IMG/VR virus record: IMGVR_UViG_3300021960_000017
Direction: 5' to 3' (one strand)
DNA: 64,000 bases
DNA from: a virus
Lineage: Duplodnaviria; Caudoviricetes
Shown in pieces: positions 18,301 to 28,195 of the stretch; positions within the stretch are counted from its first letter, which is position 1; every line of letters starts with the position of its first letter. The position numbers and the translations under genes were made by a program. A model generated the notes under the pieces. It was given only the letters and a program-made list of their open reading frames with translations, had not been told where the DNA came from and ran no database searches.

Positions 18301-20551
18301 AGAACCTTTAGACCTAGAAAAGTTACACAAAGTTGTATTTTATGCATGTAACGGTATTACAGGCGTTAGTGCAAGTGAAGTAGAAATCCGCAGTCATTTA
18401 CAATTTTTTGATGGTATTGAAACCAGCACTATACAAGAAACACTTATAAAGAGTACAGCAGATCTAATCAGTGAAGAAACTCCGGGATATCAGTATGTTG
18501 CTGGCAGACTTATTAACTATCACCTACGCAAAATGGTTTATGGGCAGTTTGAACCATGGCCACTATATAAACTCGTAAAGCGCAATGTAGAGACTGGTTT
18601 TTACGATCCAGCATTACTTGAAGATTATACTGAAGACGAGTGGAACGAATTAAACAATTATATTAAGCACGACAGAGATGAAAATTCAACTTATGCTGGC
18701 ATGGAACAGTGGCGCGGCAAATATCTAGTAAAGAATCGTGTAACTAACGAAATATTTGAAACACCGCAAATGGCTTATATGTGTATTGCTGCTACCCTTT
18801 TTAGCAAGTATACAGAAAATCGTTTGCGTTGGGTAAAAGATTATTATGACGCTATATCTACTTTTTATATTAGCCTACCTACTCCTGTTATGGCTGGTGT
18901 ACGAACACCGCAAAGACAGTTTAGTAGTTGCGTGCTTATTGAAACTGACGACAGCCTTGATAGTATTAACGCCACTGCTAGTAGCATTGTAAAATATGTT
19001 AGCCAGAAGGCTGGCATTGGCATTGGTGCCGGCAATATTCGTGCTATCGGCAGTCCAATCCGCCGCGGCGATGCTTATCACACAGGTGTTATTCCTTTTT
19101 ATAAACTATTCCAGAGTGCTACTCGTAGTTGTAGCCAGGGCGGTGTACGCAACGGTGCTGCTACCCTATACTATCCTATCTGGCATTTGGAAGTTGAAGA
19201 CCTACTAGTACTTAAAAACAACAAAGGCACAGAAGACAATCGTGTACGCCATATGGATTACGGTGTGCAGTTTAATAAACTAATGTACGAGCGTTTAATC
19301 ACTGGCGGCAACATTACACTGTTCAGCCCAAGTGATGTGCCCGGCTTATACGATGCATTCTTTGCAGACCAGGATAGGTTCAAGGAGCTCTATGAAACTG
19401 CAGAACGCAATACCCGTTTGCGTAAAAAGACTGTAAGGGCTGCTGACCTATTCTCAGCGTTCATGGAGGAACGCAAAAACACTGGACGCATTTATCTAAT
19501 GAATGTGGACCATGCTAATGACCACGGCAGTTTTAAAGCAGATGTTGCACCTATTAAACAGAGCAACCTTTGCTGTGAAATTGACCTACCTACCAAGCCG
19601 CTGTCAGACTTCAATGATCCAGAAGGGGAAATTGCACTATGTACACTTAGCGCAATTAACTGGGGACTTATTAGGGATCCTAAAGATTTTGAGAAGCCTT
19701 GCACTCTAGCAGTGCGCGGATTGGATGCACTATTAACATATCAAAACTATCCTGTCAAGGCAGCGGAACGTGCTACTATGCTACGTCGCCCATTGGGTAT
19801 TGGTATTATCAATCTAGCATACTGGCTAGCACGTAATGATACAAACTACACTAATCCTAACCTAGAGCTAGTAGACGAATATGCAGAAGCATGGAGTTAC
19901 TATCTTATTAAGGCTAGTGCTGATCTTGCTGTTGAGCAGGGTGCATGTCCTGGAACTAACGAAACAAAATATGGTGATGGTATTACGCCTAACCAAACAT
20001 ACAAATCAGACCTGGACGAACTTGTAGCACACACTGAGCGCATGGACTGGACTGGGTTGCGTAAGCAACTAGCAGAAACAGGCATTCGCAACAGCACACT
20101 AATGGCACTTATGCCAGCAGAAACAAGTGCACAAATCTCCAACAGCACTAACGGTATTGAGCCTCCTCGTGCCTATGTAAGCGTAAAGCAAAGCAAGGAC
20201 GGTGTGCTAAAGCAAGTAGTGCCAGGTTATCCGCGTTTAAAGAATAAATACGAACTACTATGGGATCAGGAGTCACCTGAAGGTTATCTAAAGATTATGG
20301 CTGTACTACAAAAGTACATTGACCAGGGTATTAGTGTTAATACCAGTTACAATCCTACCTTCTTTGATGACGAAAAGATTCCAATGAGTACTATGTTAAA
20401 GCACCTTATCATGTGTTATAAGTATGGTCTCAAGCAGTTGTATTACTTCAACACCTACGATGGTGCAGGTGACGATGTAGCGGAAAAGGAACAAATCAGC
20501 ATTGAACTATCTGAAATAGACGATGCAGATTGTGAAAGTTGTGTAATTTAG
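18263..20551 (+). CDS. nrdA: ribonucleotide reductase class Ia alpha subunit
   Basis: ATP cone VTKRNG, QFSSCVLIE, SNLCCEI, MPAETS, KQLYY, C-terminal CESCVI. Confidence 0.97.
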   Translation: MSQIQVTKRNGRKEPLDLEKLHKVVFYACNGITGVSASEVEIRSHLQFFDGIETSTIQETLIKSTADLISEETPGYQYVAGRLINYHLRKMVYGQFEPWPLYKLVKRNVETGFYDPALLEDYTEDEWNELNNYIKHDRDENSTYAGMEQWRGKYLVKNRVTNEIFETPQMAYMCIAATLFSKYTENRLRWVKDYYDAISTFYISLPTPVMAGVRTPQRQFSSCVLIETDDSLDSINATASSIVKYVSQKAGIGIGAGNIRAIGSPIRRGDAYHTGVIPFYKLFQSATRSCSQGGVRNGAATLYYPIWHLEVEDLLVLKNNKGTEDNRVRHMDYGVQFNKLMYERLITGGNITLFSPSDVPGLYDAFFADQDRFKELYETAERNTRLRKKTVRAADLFSAFMEERKNTGRIYLMNVDHANDHGSFKADVAPIKQSNLCCEIDLPTKPLSDFNDPEGEIALCTLSAINWGLIRDPKDFEKPCTLAVRGLDALLTYQNYPVKAAERATMLRRPLGIGIINLAYWLARNDTNYTNPNLELVDEYAEAWSYYLIKASADLAVEQGACPGTNETKYGDGITPNQTYKSDLDELVAHTERMDWTGLRKQLAETGIRNSTLMALMPAETSAQISNSTNGIEPPRAYVSVKQSKDGVLKQVVPGYPRLKNKYELLWDQESPEGYLKIMAVLQKYIDQGISVNTSYNPTFFDDEKIPMSTMLKHLIMCYKYGLKQLYYFNTYDGAGDDVAEKEQISIELSEIDDADCESCVI

Positions 20552-20560
20552 GGGAAGAAA

Positions 20561-21733
20561 ATGGCAGTATTGGACACAGACAACAGAGACCACAAAAACA
20601 GAAAAAGTTTTTTAGACGGCAATGTGGGCGTACAACGCTATGACGATGTAAAGTATCGTGCGTTTGACAAACTTACTGACAAGCAACTTGGTTTCTTCTG
20701 GCGTCCTGAAGAGGTAGATATTTTGCGTGATGCAAAAGACTTTAAAGAACTTACTGATCACGAAAAGCATATCTTTACTAGTAACCTAAAGCGTCAAATC
20801 CTACTAGACAGTGTGCAAGGACGCTCACCTAACCTTGCGTTTCTTCCACTAGTAAGTTTACCAGAACTAGAAACATGGATTGAAACCTGGGCATTTAGTG
20901 AAACTATTCACAGTCGCAGTTACACACATATTATTCGTAATGTGTATGCTGATCCGAGCAAGGTGTTTGACGAGATGTTAGACATCCAAGAGATTGTAGA
21001 TTGTGCAGACGATATTACACGGCACTATGATGATTTAGTTCGTATGGCTGGCTGGTACAATTTACTGGGCGTTGGTAAGCATCTTGTTGTCAGCGGCAAA
21101 GAACACGATACTTCCAAAGTAAACGGTAACTTCAGCAACGTTGCAACAGAGATCAATGTTGATTTGTATGAACTAAAAAAGAAGTTATGGCTTACACTAA
21201 TGAGTGTAAACATTCTAGAAGGTGTTCGCTTTTATGTAAGTTTTGCTTGCTCGTGGGCATTTGCAGAACTTAAGAAGATGGAAGGCAACGCCAAGATTAT
21301 TAAGTTTATCGCTCGCGACGAAAATGTGCATTTGGGTAGTACACAACAATTATTAAAACTATTGCCCAAAGAAGATCAAGACTTTGCAAAGATTGCTGAT
21401 GAAACATTGGAAGAATGTGTACAAATGTTTGTAAGTGCAGTTGAGCAGGAAAAGCGTTGGGCAGAATACTTGTTTAAAGACGGCAGCATGATTGGCTTGA
21501 ATGCACAACTACTAAGTCAGTATATTGAATGGATTGCTAACAAGCGTATGATTGCCATTGGTATCAAGAGTCCATTTAATGTTCCACAGGCTAGCCCACT
21601 TCCCTGGACACAGAAGTGGATCAGTGGCGGCGAAGTACAAGTAGCACCACAGGAAACAGAAATTAGCAGTTATATTATTGGTGGAACTAAACAGGATGTT
21701 GAAGAGAACACCTTTAGTGGTCTTAGTTTATAA
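20561..21733 (+). CDS. nrdB: ribonucleotide reductase class Ia beta subunit
   Basis: FFWRPEE, ETIHSRSY, LEGVRFYVSF, IARDENVH, APQETEISSY. Confidence 0.97.
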   Translation: MAVLDTDNRDHKNRKSFLDGNVGVQRYDDVKYRAFDKLTDKQLGFFWRPEEVDILRDAKDFKELTDHEKHIFTSNLKRQILLDSVQGRSPNLAFLPLVSLPELETWIETWAFSETIHSRSYTHIIRNVYADPSKVFDEMLDIQEIVDCADDITRHYDDLVRMAGWYNLLGVGKHLVVSGKEHDTSKVNGNFSNVATEINVDLYELKKKLWLTLMSVNILEGVRFYVSFACSWAFAELKKMEGNAKIIKFIARDENVHLGSTQQLLKLLPKEDQDFAKIADETLEECVQMFVSAVEQEKRWAEYLFKDGSMIGLNAQLLSQYIEWIANKRMIAIGIKSPFNVPQASPLPWTQKWISGGEVQVAPQETEISSYIIGGTKQDVEENTFSGLSL

Positions 21734-21802
21734 TGAAGACCCTAGTGTTAGGCGGACTAATAGTAGTCTGGATGATGGCTCTATTAGTAATAATTCATTT
21801 CC

Positions 21803-22255
21803 ATGCATGAAATAGAAGACTGGATATTAAACTTTTTGAGTAAACCCAATAGTGCTTTTGCAGGGATGCCTCCTTGTCCTTATGCAAAACGAGCATGGTT
21901 AGATGATAAGGTTATAGTGCATAAAATTTATCCATGGAATATAGAAGACGCTCTGCGTTGGACCTTAACTTACTTTCCACCTGACAAAGATGTAGTTCTG
22001 TTTTGTATGGATCCAAAACTCATTTCTGCAGAGCATCTTGAAAAACTTGCAATAAGTACTGATGACTATATTATTTTAGACGACCATCCTGCTAATCCTG
22101 AAGTTGTAGATGGAGTCTTGCTTAATCAAGGAACATATGCTATACTATTTGTACAGCGTAGGAAAGAATTAGAAAAGGCACGTCAAGAACTTTCCCAAAC
22201 AAATTATTATAAAAATTTTACAGAAGAGTATAAAAACGACGTAGTAAATAGATGA
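21803..22255 (+). CDS. DUF1415-like protein
   Basis: WILNF...PPCPYAKRA resembles the DUF1415 CPFA motif. Confidence 0.45.
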   Translation: MHEIEDWILNFLSKPNSAFAGMPPCPYAKRAWLDDKVIVHKIYPWNIEDALRWTLTYFPPDKDVVLFCMDPKLISAEHLEKLAISTDDYIILDDHPANPEVVDGVLLNQGTYAILFVQRRKELEKARQELSQTNYYKNFTEEYKNDVVNR

Positions 22256-22686
22256 CATTATATGCATATATTGATTTAACAGAAACAAACTATACTCCAC
22301 AACTTGAATATGAAATACTACCAAAGGACACAGATCCTGTTCCATTGTTAGAAATATACAAACAGTATTGTAAGCATAAAGAGTTTGAGAGTGCGTGGCC
22401 TATGTTTGCAGAAGAATTTGCAGCACCTCATAATGACATAATTGCATATAGAGTTAAAGATAAGATTGTAGCGTGGAGTTTGATATACAAGATTGCAAAA
22501 GACACTGTATGGAATATGCAATTTGCTTGGGACTACAAACAACCCAAATTAAAACTAGGCTATAAAAGTATAAGAACAGAGTGTGCCATTTATAGGGAAC
22601 TTGGATATAAAACTATGATGATAGATGATGACGTTCCTTATAAAGCAGAGTTACAAGGCTTTAAAATTTTTGGACCTATAAAATGA
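22252..22686 (+). CDS. aminoacyl-tRNA protein transferase C-terminal domain-like (ATE/Bpt-type GNAT fold)
   Basis: AYRVKDKIVAWS...FAWDYKQPKLKLGYKSIRTECAIYRELGYK resembles ATE_C. Confidence 0.55.
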   Translation: MTLYAYIDLTETNYTPQLEYEILPKDTDPVPLLEIYKQYCKHKEFESAWPMFAEEFAAPHNDIIAYRVKDKIVAWSLIYKIAKDTVWNMQFAWDYKQPKLKLGYKSIRTECAIYRELGYKTMMIDDDVPYKAELQGFKIFGPIK

Positions 22687-23003
22687 ACGTATATACAATA
22701 TACGCAGATCTTACAGAAGGTGCAAATGTAGACGACTTTTTGTCTAGCATCAAAGAGTTCTTTGGAACTCTGGACACACTTGTTGCCTATCGTATCACAC
22801 GAATGAAACTGGGATTTCGCAGCAAAGATATAGGCGAGTGGCGTATAGATATGGAATTCAAAACCATGCAAGACCTAGATGATGCTATGGAACGTGTTTT
22901 ACACAATAGGAAGACAGTGGACAGTCATATACATTTTACACAGTATATAGATGCTGACAGTCTAGATCATTTTTTATACAGGGACTTTCCAGATGAAGTA
23001 TAA
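22683..23003 (+). CDS. DUF6614-like dimeric alpha/beta barrel protein
   Basis: YTIYADL...YRITRMKLGFR...EWRIDMEF..MQDLDDA. Confidence 0.5.
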   Translation: MNVYTIYADLTEGANVDDFLSSIKEFFGTLDTLVAYRITRMKLGFRSKDIGEWRIDMEFKTMQDLDDAMERVLHNRKTVDSHIHFTQYIDADSLDHFLYRDFPDEV

Positions 23004-24198
23004 CATCTGGAACAAATGGGACCCGCTTAAGGTTGTAATGTTAGGCGACAACTGGGGTCCTGAATTTTTCCAAGGTATTAAAGATGATAGGATTCGTAGT
23101 CCATTACAGCAAATAGCAGAGGAAACTCTAGAAGAACTAGCATATTTTGAAAGTGTACTTAAAGACTTTGGCTGTACTGTTCTTAGACCTGTAATAGACA
23201 GAAACGATCGTATCGAGAATTATGTAAGTGAAAACGGAAAAATAAACGGTGGTGTTCCGCGTACCGCATTACAACCAAGAGATAGTCAAATAGTAAGTGG
23301 AAATGTTTTATATAGTGAATTTACTGACAATCCAGGAATAGTACAAGGATTAAAACAATACGGCGAAGTTAACCCTTTTTTAGACCAGCAGGATATTCAA
23401 CTTATTCTTCATAATAATCCTATGGATCAAGATCAATTTGATCGACGTGCTGGCGCCGATTACCCTACATATGAATATTATTTAGAAAATAGAAAAGACA
23501 AAAATAAATTTTTAGATTATGTTTGGGAAGAACTTAATAGTTTTGTTGATTTAGAAGGGATGCCTACTAGTGCAAACTCTTTTTTAATTGGTAAAGACAT
23601 ATATGTAGATTTTAAGTGCCCGCTACCCTATAGAATCTTAGAGAAGATTTTTCCAGATATCCGCATAAATGTTTTATCGCATGGCCATACCCACGCTGAT
23701 GCTTGTTTTCATCCTATTAAACCAGGAGCAATTTTAAGCATTACAGATTTCCAAAACTATGAAGAAACATTTTTTAATTGGGATGTTTGTTATTTAAAGG
23801 GTGAGAGTTGGGATAAAGTTAAGGGGTTTATAAAGTTAAAGAAAGAAAATCTTGGAGCATGGTGGGTTCCTGGTGCTGAAGATAATCCACAGTTTTCTAA
23901 CTTTGTTAATAGTTGGCTAGATGAATGGGTTGGATATGTTGAAGAATCAGTATTTGATGTTAATGTATTAGTGTTAGATGAACATCATGTTTGCGTTAAC
24001 AACATGGAAAATCCGCAACTATTAGAGTTTTTAAAAAAACATAAAATGGAGCCTATTCACATTCCCTGGAAGCATAGATATTTCTGGGACGGTGGATTAC
24101 ACTGTATTACTTTAGATTTATACAGAGAAGGTGTACAGCAAGACTATTTCCCTGATCGTAAACAACCAATAGTCCAAAAGGAATTAGTAAATTGTTAA
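22993..24198 (+). CDS. amidinotransferase family protein 1
   Basis: WNKWDPLKVV, QPRD, HADACF, DVNVLV, GGLHCITL. Confidence 0.85.
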   Translation: MKYNIWNKWDPLKVVMLGDNWGPEFFQGIKDDRIRSPLQQIAEETLEELAYFESVLKDFGCTVLRPVIDRNDRIENYVSENGKINGGVPRTALQPRDSQIVSGNVLYSEFTDNPGIVQGLKQYGEVNPFLDQQDIQLILHNNPMDQDQFDRRAGADYPTYEYYLENRKDKNKFLDYVWEELNSFVDLEGMPTSANSFLIGKDIYVDFKCPLPYRILEKIFPDIRINVLSHGHTHADACFHPIKPGAILSITDFQNYEETFFNWDVCYLKGESWDKVKGFIKLKKENLGAWWVPGAEDNPQFSNFVNSWLDEWVGYVEESVFDVNVLVLDEHHVCVNNMENPQLLEFLKKHKMEPIHIPWKHRYFWDGGLHCITLDLYREGVQQDYFPDRKQPIVQKELVNC

Positions 24199-25358
24199 GA
24201 GAAAAGTATAACATATGGAACAAATGGGATCCGCTTAAAGTTTGTATGTTAGGCAACAATTATGCTCCAGAATTTTTTAACGGCCTTCCAGACAAAGCAG
24301 GCGATCCACTAAAGCGCATATGTGAAGAGACTCTTGAAGATCTTGCAGGATTTAAAAAAATACTACAAGACTTTGGAGTAGAAGTAATACAGCCAGAAAT
24401 GGATCCTAACGAACGCTTTATTGACAATCCTAGCCGGTATCCAAGAGGACCACTACAACCAAGAGATCGTCAAATTGTACTTGCAAACAAATGTTATATA
24501 AGCGGCAATGATCATCCTTCAATTAAAACATGTCTGGAAAATTATGGTGAAGTAACAGATATAAGAGATGTAGATATTCACGTTCCTTATTATATGACTA
24601 GAGAAAGATATGACTTTATTCGTGGAGATGATTACCCAAGTTATGAAGACTTTTTAGAACATAGAAAAAATAAAGATTTTTTTAAAGATTTTGTATGGGA
24701 GGAACTTTTAGAAGTTAAAATAGACCTATCTCTTGACAGTGCTAGTAGTTTTCCTCTTGGTGATAATTTTACTATAGGCATAGGATTTGAGAAAAATATA
24801 TTTTTTTCTCACATTATACAAGAAATGAAATATTATTACACAGTTTTAGATCATTTTCATTGTAAATTAGTGCCTGTAATTGGTCATTCAGATTCAAATT
24901 TCCATCCTATTAAGCCAGGTGCAATATTAAGTTTGCATGATGTCCAAAATTATGAGAAAAATTTTCCTGGCTGGGATGTTTGCTATTTGCCAGAACAGGG
25001 TTGGAGTAAAGTTGAATCTTTTTTAAAACTTAAAAGATTAAACAAGGGCAAATGGTGGGTAGCAGGCGAAGAGGATAATGATGAGTTTACACATTTTGTA
25101 GAAACATGGTTGCAGGATTGGGTTGGATATGTAGAAGAAACAGTGTTTGACGTAAATGTTCTAATGCTAGACGAAAATCATTGTTGTGTTTCTAACCCCA
25201 ATAACGAGCAAGTAAACGCATTTTTTAAAAAACATAAAATCGAACCTGTGCATATTCCTTGGCGACATAGATGGTTTTGGGATGGCGGGTTACATTGTAT
25301 TACATTAGAGTTATACAGAGAAGGTAAACAACAAAATTATTTCAAAGGAGTTTGTTAG
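24192..25358 (+). CDS. amidinotransferase family protein 2 (paralog)
   Basis: WNKWDPLKVC, QPRD, HSDSNF, DVNVLM, GGLHCITL. Confidence 0.85.
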   Translation: MLREKYNIWNKWDPLKVCMLGNNYAPEFFNGLPDKAGDPLKRICEETLEDLAGFKKILQDFGVEVIQPEMDPNERFIDNPSRYPRGPLQPRDRQIVLANKCYISGNDHPSIKTCLENYGEVTDIRDVDIHVPYYMTRERYDFIRGDDYPSYEDFLEHRKNKDFFKDFVWEELLEVKIDLSLDSASSFPLGDNFTIGIGFEKNIFFSHIIQEMKYYYTVLDHFHCKLVPVIGHSDSNFHPIKPGAILSLHDVQNYEKNFPGWDVCYLPEQGWSKVESFLKLKRLNKGKWWVAGEEDNDEFTHFVETWLQDWVGYVEETVFDVNVLMLDENHCCVSNPNNEQVNAFFKKHKIEPVHIPWRHRWFWDGGLHCITLELYREGKQQNYFKGVC

Positions 25359-25631
25359 TTGTTAACACTATACACAAAAAATTTATGCCCTTATTGCGAT
25401 ATGGCTAAAACATATCTACTTGCTTATGAAATTCCCTTTACAGAAGTAAACATTGAAGAAGATACTGAAGCACGAGAGTTTGTATTAAGCAAAGGCCATC
25501 GCACAGTGCCACAGATATACCGAGACGGAGAATTATTTGTTGAGGGCGGCGCTGAAGGCTTGATTAAAGTAGGTCATGAAACTATCAAAGAGCGTTTAGG
25601 TGATTTAAATCTAGGCGGCCTAAGTCTCTGA
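25359..25631 (+). CDS. glutaredoxin
   Basis: CPYC active site, TVPQI, GG; TTG start. Confidence 0.92.
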   Translation: MLTLYTKNLCPYCDMAKTYLLAYEIPFTEVNIEEDTEAREFVLSKGHRTVPQIYRDGELFVEGGAEGLIKVGHETIKERLGDLNLGGLSL

Positions 25632-25668
25632 ATAATAGTAGCAGTTAATTGTACGGATAAATATTAGC

Positions 25669-25953
25669 ATGGCAAGACCTGTAGTAAGAATCGGTGACAG
25701 AAATAGTGCTGGCGGCGTAGCAGTTAGTCCAGTGCGTAATGTGCATGCTAATTTTAGACCTTTTGCAAGGTTTATGAGTAGTGTAACACCTCACCCCCCA
25801 TGTCCTAGAGTTCCAATCCACTGTGGCGCAAAAGCAGCATTGCCAGGCAGTAGAACAGTTCGTGCTGGTGGCAGACCTGTTGTTAGACGTGGAGATGTAG
25901 ACACTTGTGGACACCCTAGAGCATCAGGTTCTAGAAACGTCTTGTGTGGATAA
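25669..25953 (+). CDS. PAAR-like spike tip protein
   Basis: VVRIGD...VTPHPPC..H...GRPVVRRGDVDTCGH..ASGSRNV. Confidence 0.85.
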   Translation: MARPVVRIGDRNSAGGVAVSPVRNVHANFRPFARFMSSVTPHPPCPRVPIHCGAKAALPGSRTVRAGGRPVVRRGDVDTCGHPRASGSRNVLCG

Positions 25954-25956
25954 TTA

Positions 25957-27858
25957 ATGGCAACTATTAAAGCAACTATCACTAGTCTTGGTCTTAATGC
26001 ACTGGGTGGTGCAGTAAATGGTCAGGGTTTAAATAACCTAGGTAAAATTTTAAGTCAGCCTATGTCTAACCTTGGTGGATTTGGCGGTCAGATGGATGCC
26101 CAGGCTAAAATTGCAAATATAATTAAAACAGATTACGATACTCCAGCATTATTAAATGCTGGTGGTTTTAATCCATTAGTTTACCTTAGCAATGCATTAA
26201 CTGGTGTAGCAGATGAAGTAGGCAGCGCAACTAGTGATGGTCGTGGTGCTATTTCCGGATCACTAGGATCAGGTTTTCAAGCTCTAGATGGATCAGGTAT
26301 AGTAGATGCAATTAGTATACACACAGAGTACCTTAAAGGAAGTTATGGTGCTAATAGTATTATGCAGTGTTTTGTTGGTGTAGAAGCATTTTGCTTTATC
26401 AGTAAAGAAATGTACCAAACACTCGAAGGCGGTCTAGCAGCTCGTTTTGGTAGCGCATTTGCTGCGTTAAACAGTAGTTTACCAGCAAGTGAAACATTAT
26501 CAGCAGTAGATAGTACATTTTTAGCAAATAATAGTAACAGTGAAGTAGAGGAAATATTAGGTGGCGAATATGCCTTTACCAATTTTCTTGGTGTTAATAT
26601 AAACAACATCACAGACGCAATAACAAATGGTTTTAGTAATTTTATTACTGGTAATGTAAAAACAACTTTAGCACAACTTGCAGTTGATTTTACCAACCTT
26701 GGTAATGCGTATGATCTTACAGACATAGACAACTTTGGAAATCCCGGACAGATAGTAGACAGATTAATTAGTGTGGGTGCTGGTGATATTACGGGTGTAA
26801 TAGATGCTATGCAGGATATTGGTGGAAATCAATTACTTGCAAATGTTGGTAATTTATCCAGTAGCCAGTTTAACAGTCAATTAACAGATGCATTAAGTTT
26901 AATTACCAACTCTGAGATGATTGCAATAGCGCAACAAGCATTAGGTAGTAATGTTCCTAATTTGACTAGTTTGGCTGACTTAACTGATATAAGGAAAGTA
27001 TTACCAACGAGTTTTGATAATATTAGTCCTAATACTTTTACTCAACTAGTTGTTGAACTTAAAAATTTAAATATTGGAAATTTACAAACACCGCAACAAC
27101 TTGGTACATTACTCGGACGATTCGATTTTCCTGTAAGTTTGCCTACAATAGAAAATTCAACAGTATTAATTGACAATGACGCCGCTGCAAATATTAGAAC
27201 TAAGTTTTTAAATAAAAACTTTAAAGACATGAAAGTAAGTGATGCAATAGGGTCACTTGCGGGTGTTGGTATAAGAAACCCAATTACTAGGTTTACTAAT
27301 GCTATGACAGAAATGGCTAACGCTGGTGCATTTACTGCATTAAATGCTTTATATACTCGTCTTAATGCAGGGTTAAATGGAGATTATAATACAGGCGCTG
27401 TATATGGTGTAGATACTATTGATGATCCGGTAACCAGTATAAGTTATAATGACATGGATGCGTTTGTTAATGCTACACTTTCCCTTATTGGCGCAGAGAT
27501 AACCAGCATTGCGAGCACGGCTGCTTACAGTGATGCTTTTAATAGAGCCCGTGATGCAATTACAGAAATACAGCAAAAAATTTACGATGAAAGCATTACA
27601 TATATTCCTATGATGGATTTGCATTTAAATGATAGAAATAATGATCCTGTAAATGTATATGGTTTTGCGACAAGCATGGAGTCAAGAGTAGAAGACCCTG
27701 ATGCTTTAGATGTACTAAAAGGATTAGCAGAGGCGGCTAAATTACAGAATGATAAGTTTGGTAGCTATTGGGACGCATTTATAAGCGAAACCGTTAATAG
27801 AAACGCTGTTCAAACGCATTCAATAGACTGGATTGCAGAAGATAAAATAGAAATTTAA
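25957..27858 (+). CDS. putative tail/baseplate protein
   Basis: 633 aa A/G/N/S-rich, follows PAAR. Confidence 0.5.
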   Translation: MATIKATITSLGLNALGGAVNGQGLNNLGKILSQPMSNLGGFGGQMDAQAKIANIIKTDYDTPALLNAGGFNPLVYLSNALTGVADEVGSATSDGRGAISGSLGSGFQALDGSGIVDAISIHTEYLKGSYGANSIMQCFVGVEAFCFISKEMYQTLEGGLAARFGSAFAALNSSLPASETLSAVDSTFLANNSNSEVEEILGGEYAFTNFLGVNINNITDAITNGFSNFITGNVKTTLAQLAVDFTNLGNAYDLTDIDNFGNPGQIVDRLISVGAGDITGVIDAMQDIGGNQLLANVGNLSSSQFNSQLTDALSLITNSEMIAIAQQALGSNVPNLTSLADLTDIRKVLPTSFDNISPNTFTQLVVELKNLNIGNLQTPQQLGTLLGRFDFPVSLPTIENSTVLIDNDAAANIRTKFLNKNFKDMKVSDAIGSLAGVGIRNPITRFTNAMTEMANAGAFTALNALYTRLNAGLNGDYNTGAVYGVDTIDDPVTSISYNDMDAFVNATLSLIGAEITSIASTAAYSDAFNRARDAITEIQQKIYDESITYIPMMDLHLNDRNNDPVNVYGFATSMESRVEDPDALDVLKGLAEAAKLQNDKFGSYWDAFISETVNRNAVQTHSIDWIAEDKIEI

Positions 27859-27890
27859 CAAATTTTTCCAGTATTACTTACATAAATAAA

Positions 27891-28170
27891 CACTGTAACG
27901 TCGAAGGGCGTTGAAAAACGTAATGGACATGGGGGCAGTACCCATCGTCTCCACCATAAGCACATGGCATTTGTAGTGTGTTTATGTGGGGACGAACCAG
28001 GATCGACATGCGTGGAGTATACAACTGGAGTTATCGGTAGGCGTGACCGTAAATCAGCAAAACAAAGTAAATGCAAACGATAATTTTGCATCTGAGGATT
28101 TTGCCCTAGCGGCATAATACCTATGGGCGTACAGGGCGCCTGGAAACAGAAGGGACTTAGGTCCCACCTG
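27891..28170 (+). ncRNA. ssrA: circularly permuted (two-piece) tmRNA, alphaproteobacterial type
   Basis: 3' acceptor piece GGACATGGGGGCAGTACCCATCGTCTCCACCA ends at 27956; hairpin spacer; 5' piece GGGGACGAACCAGGATCGAC starts at 27988; tag frame 28073-28117 ANDNFASEDFALAA*; TAAATA at 27883; 5' boundary and 3' end approximate. Confidence 0.93.
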
Positions 28171-28195
28171 CATTCTTCAGAATAAGGAGTTTAAT

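Noticed and set aside
18263-21733. Introns, inteins or homing endonucleases in nrdA/nrdB
   Set aside because: Both ORFs are continuous and normal-sized; only a short loop insertion in NrdB
27855-28115. Minus-strand 86-aa ORF
   Set aside because: Antisense to the tmRNA; no RBS or protein-like features
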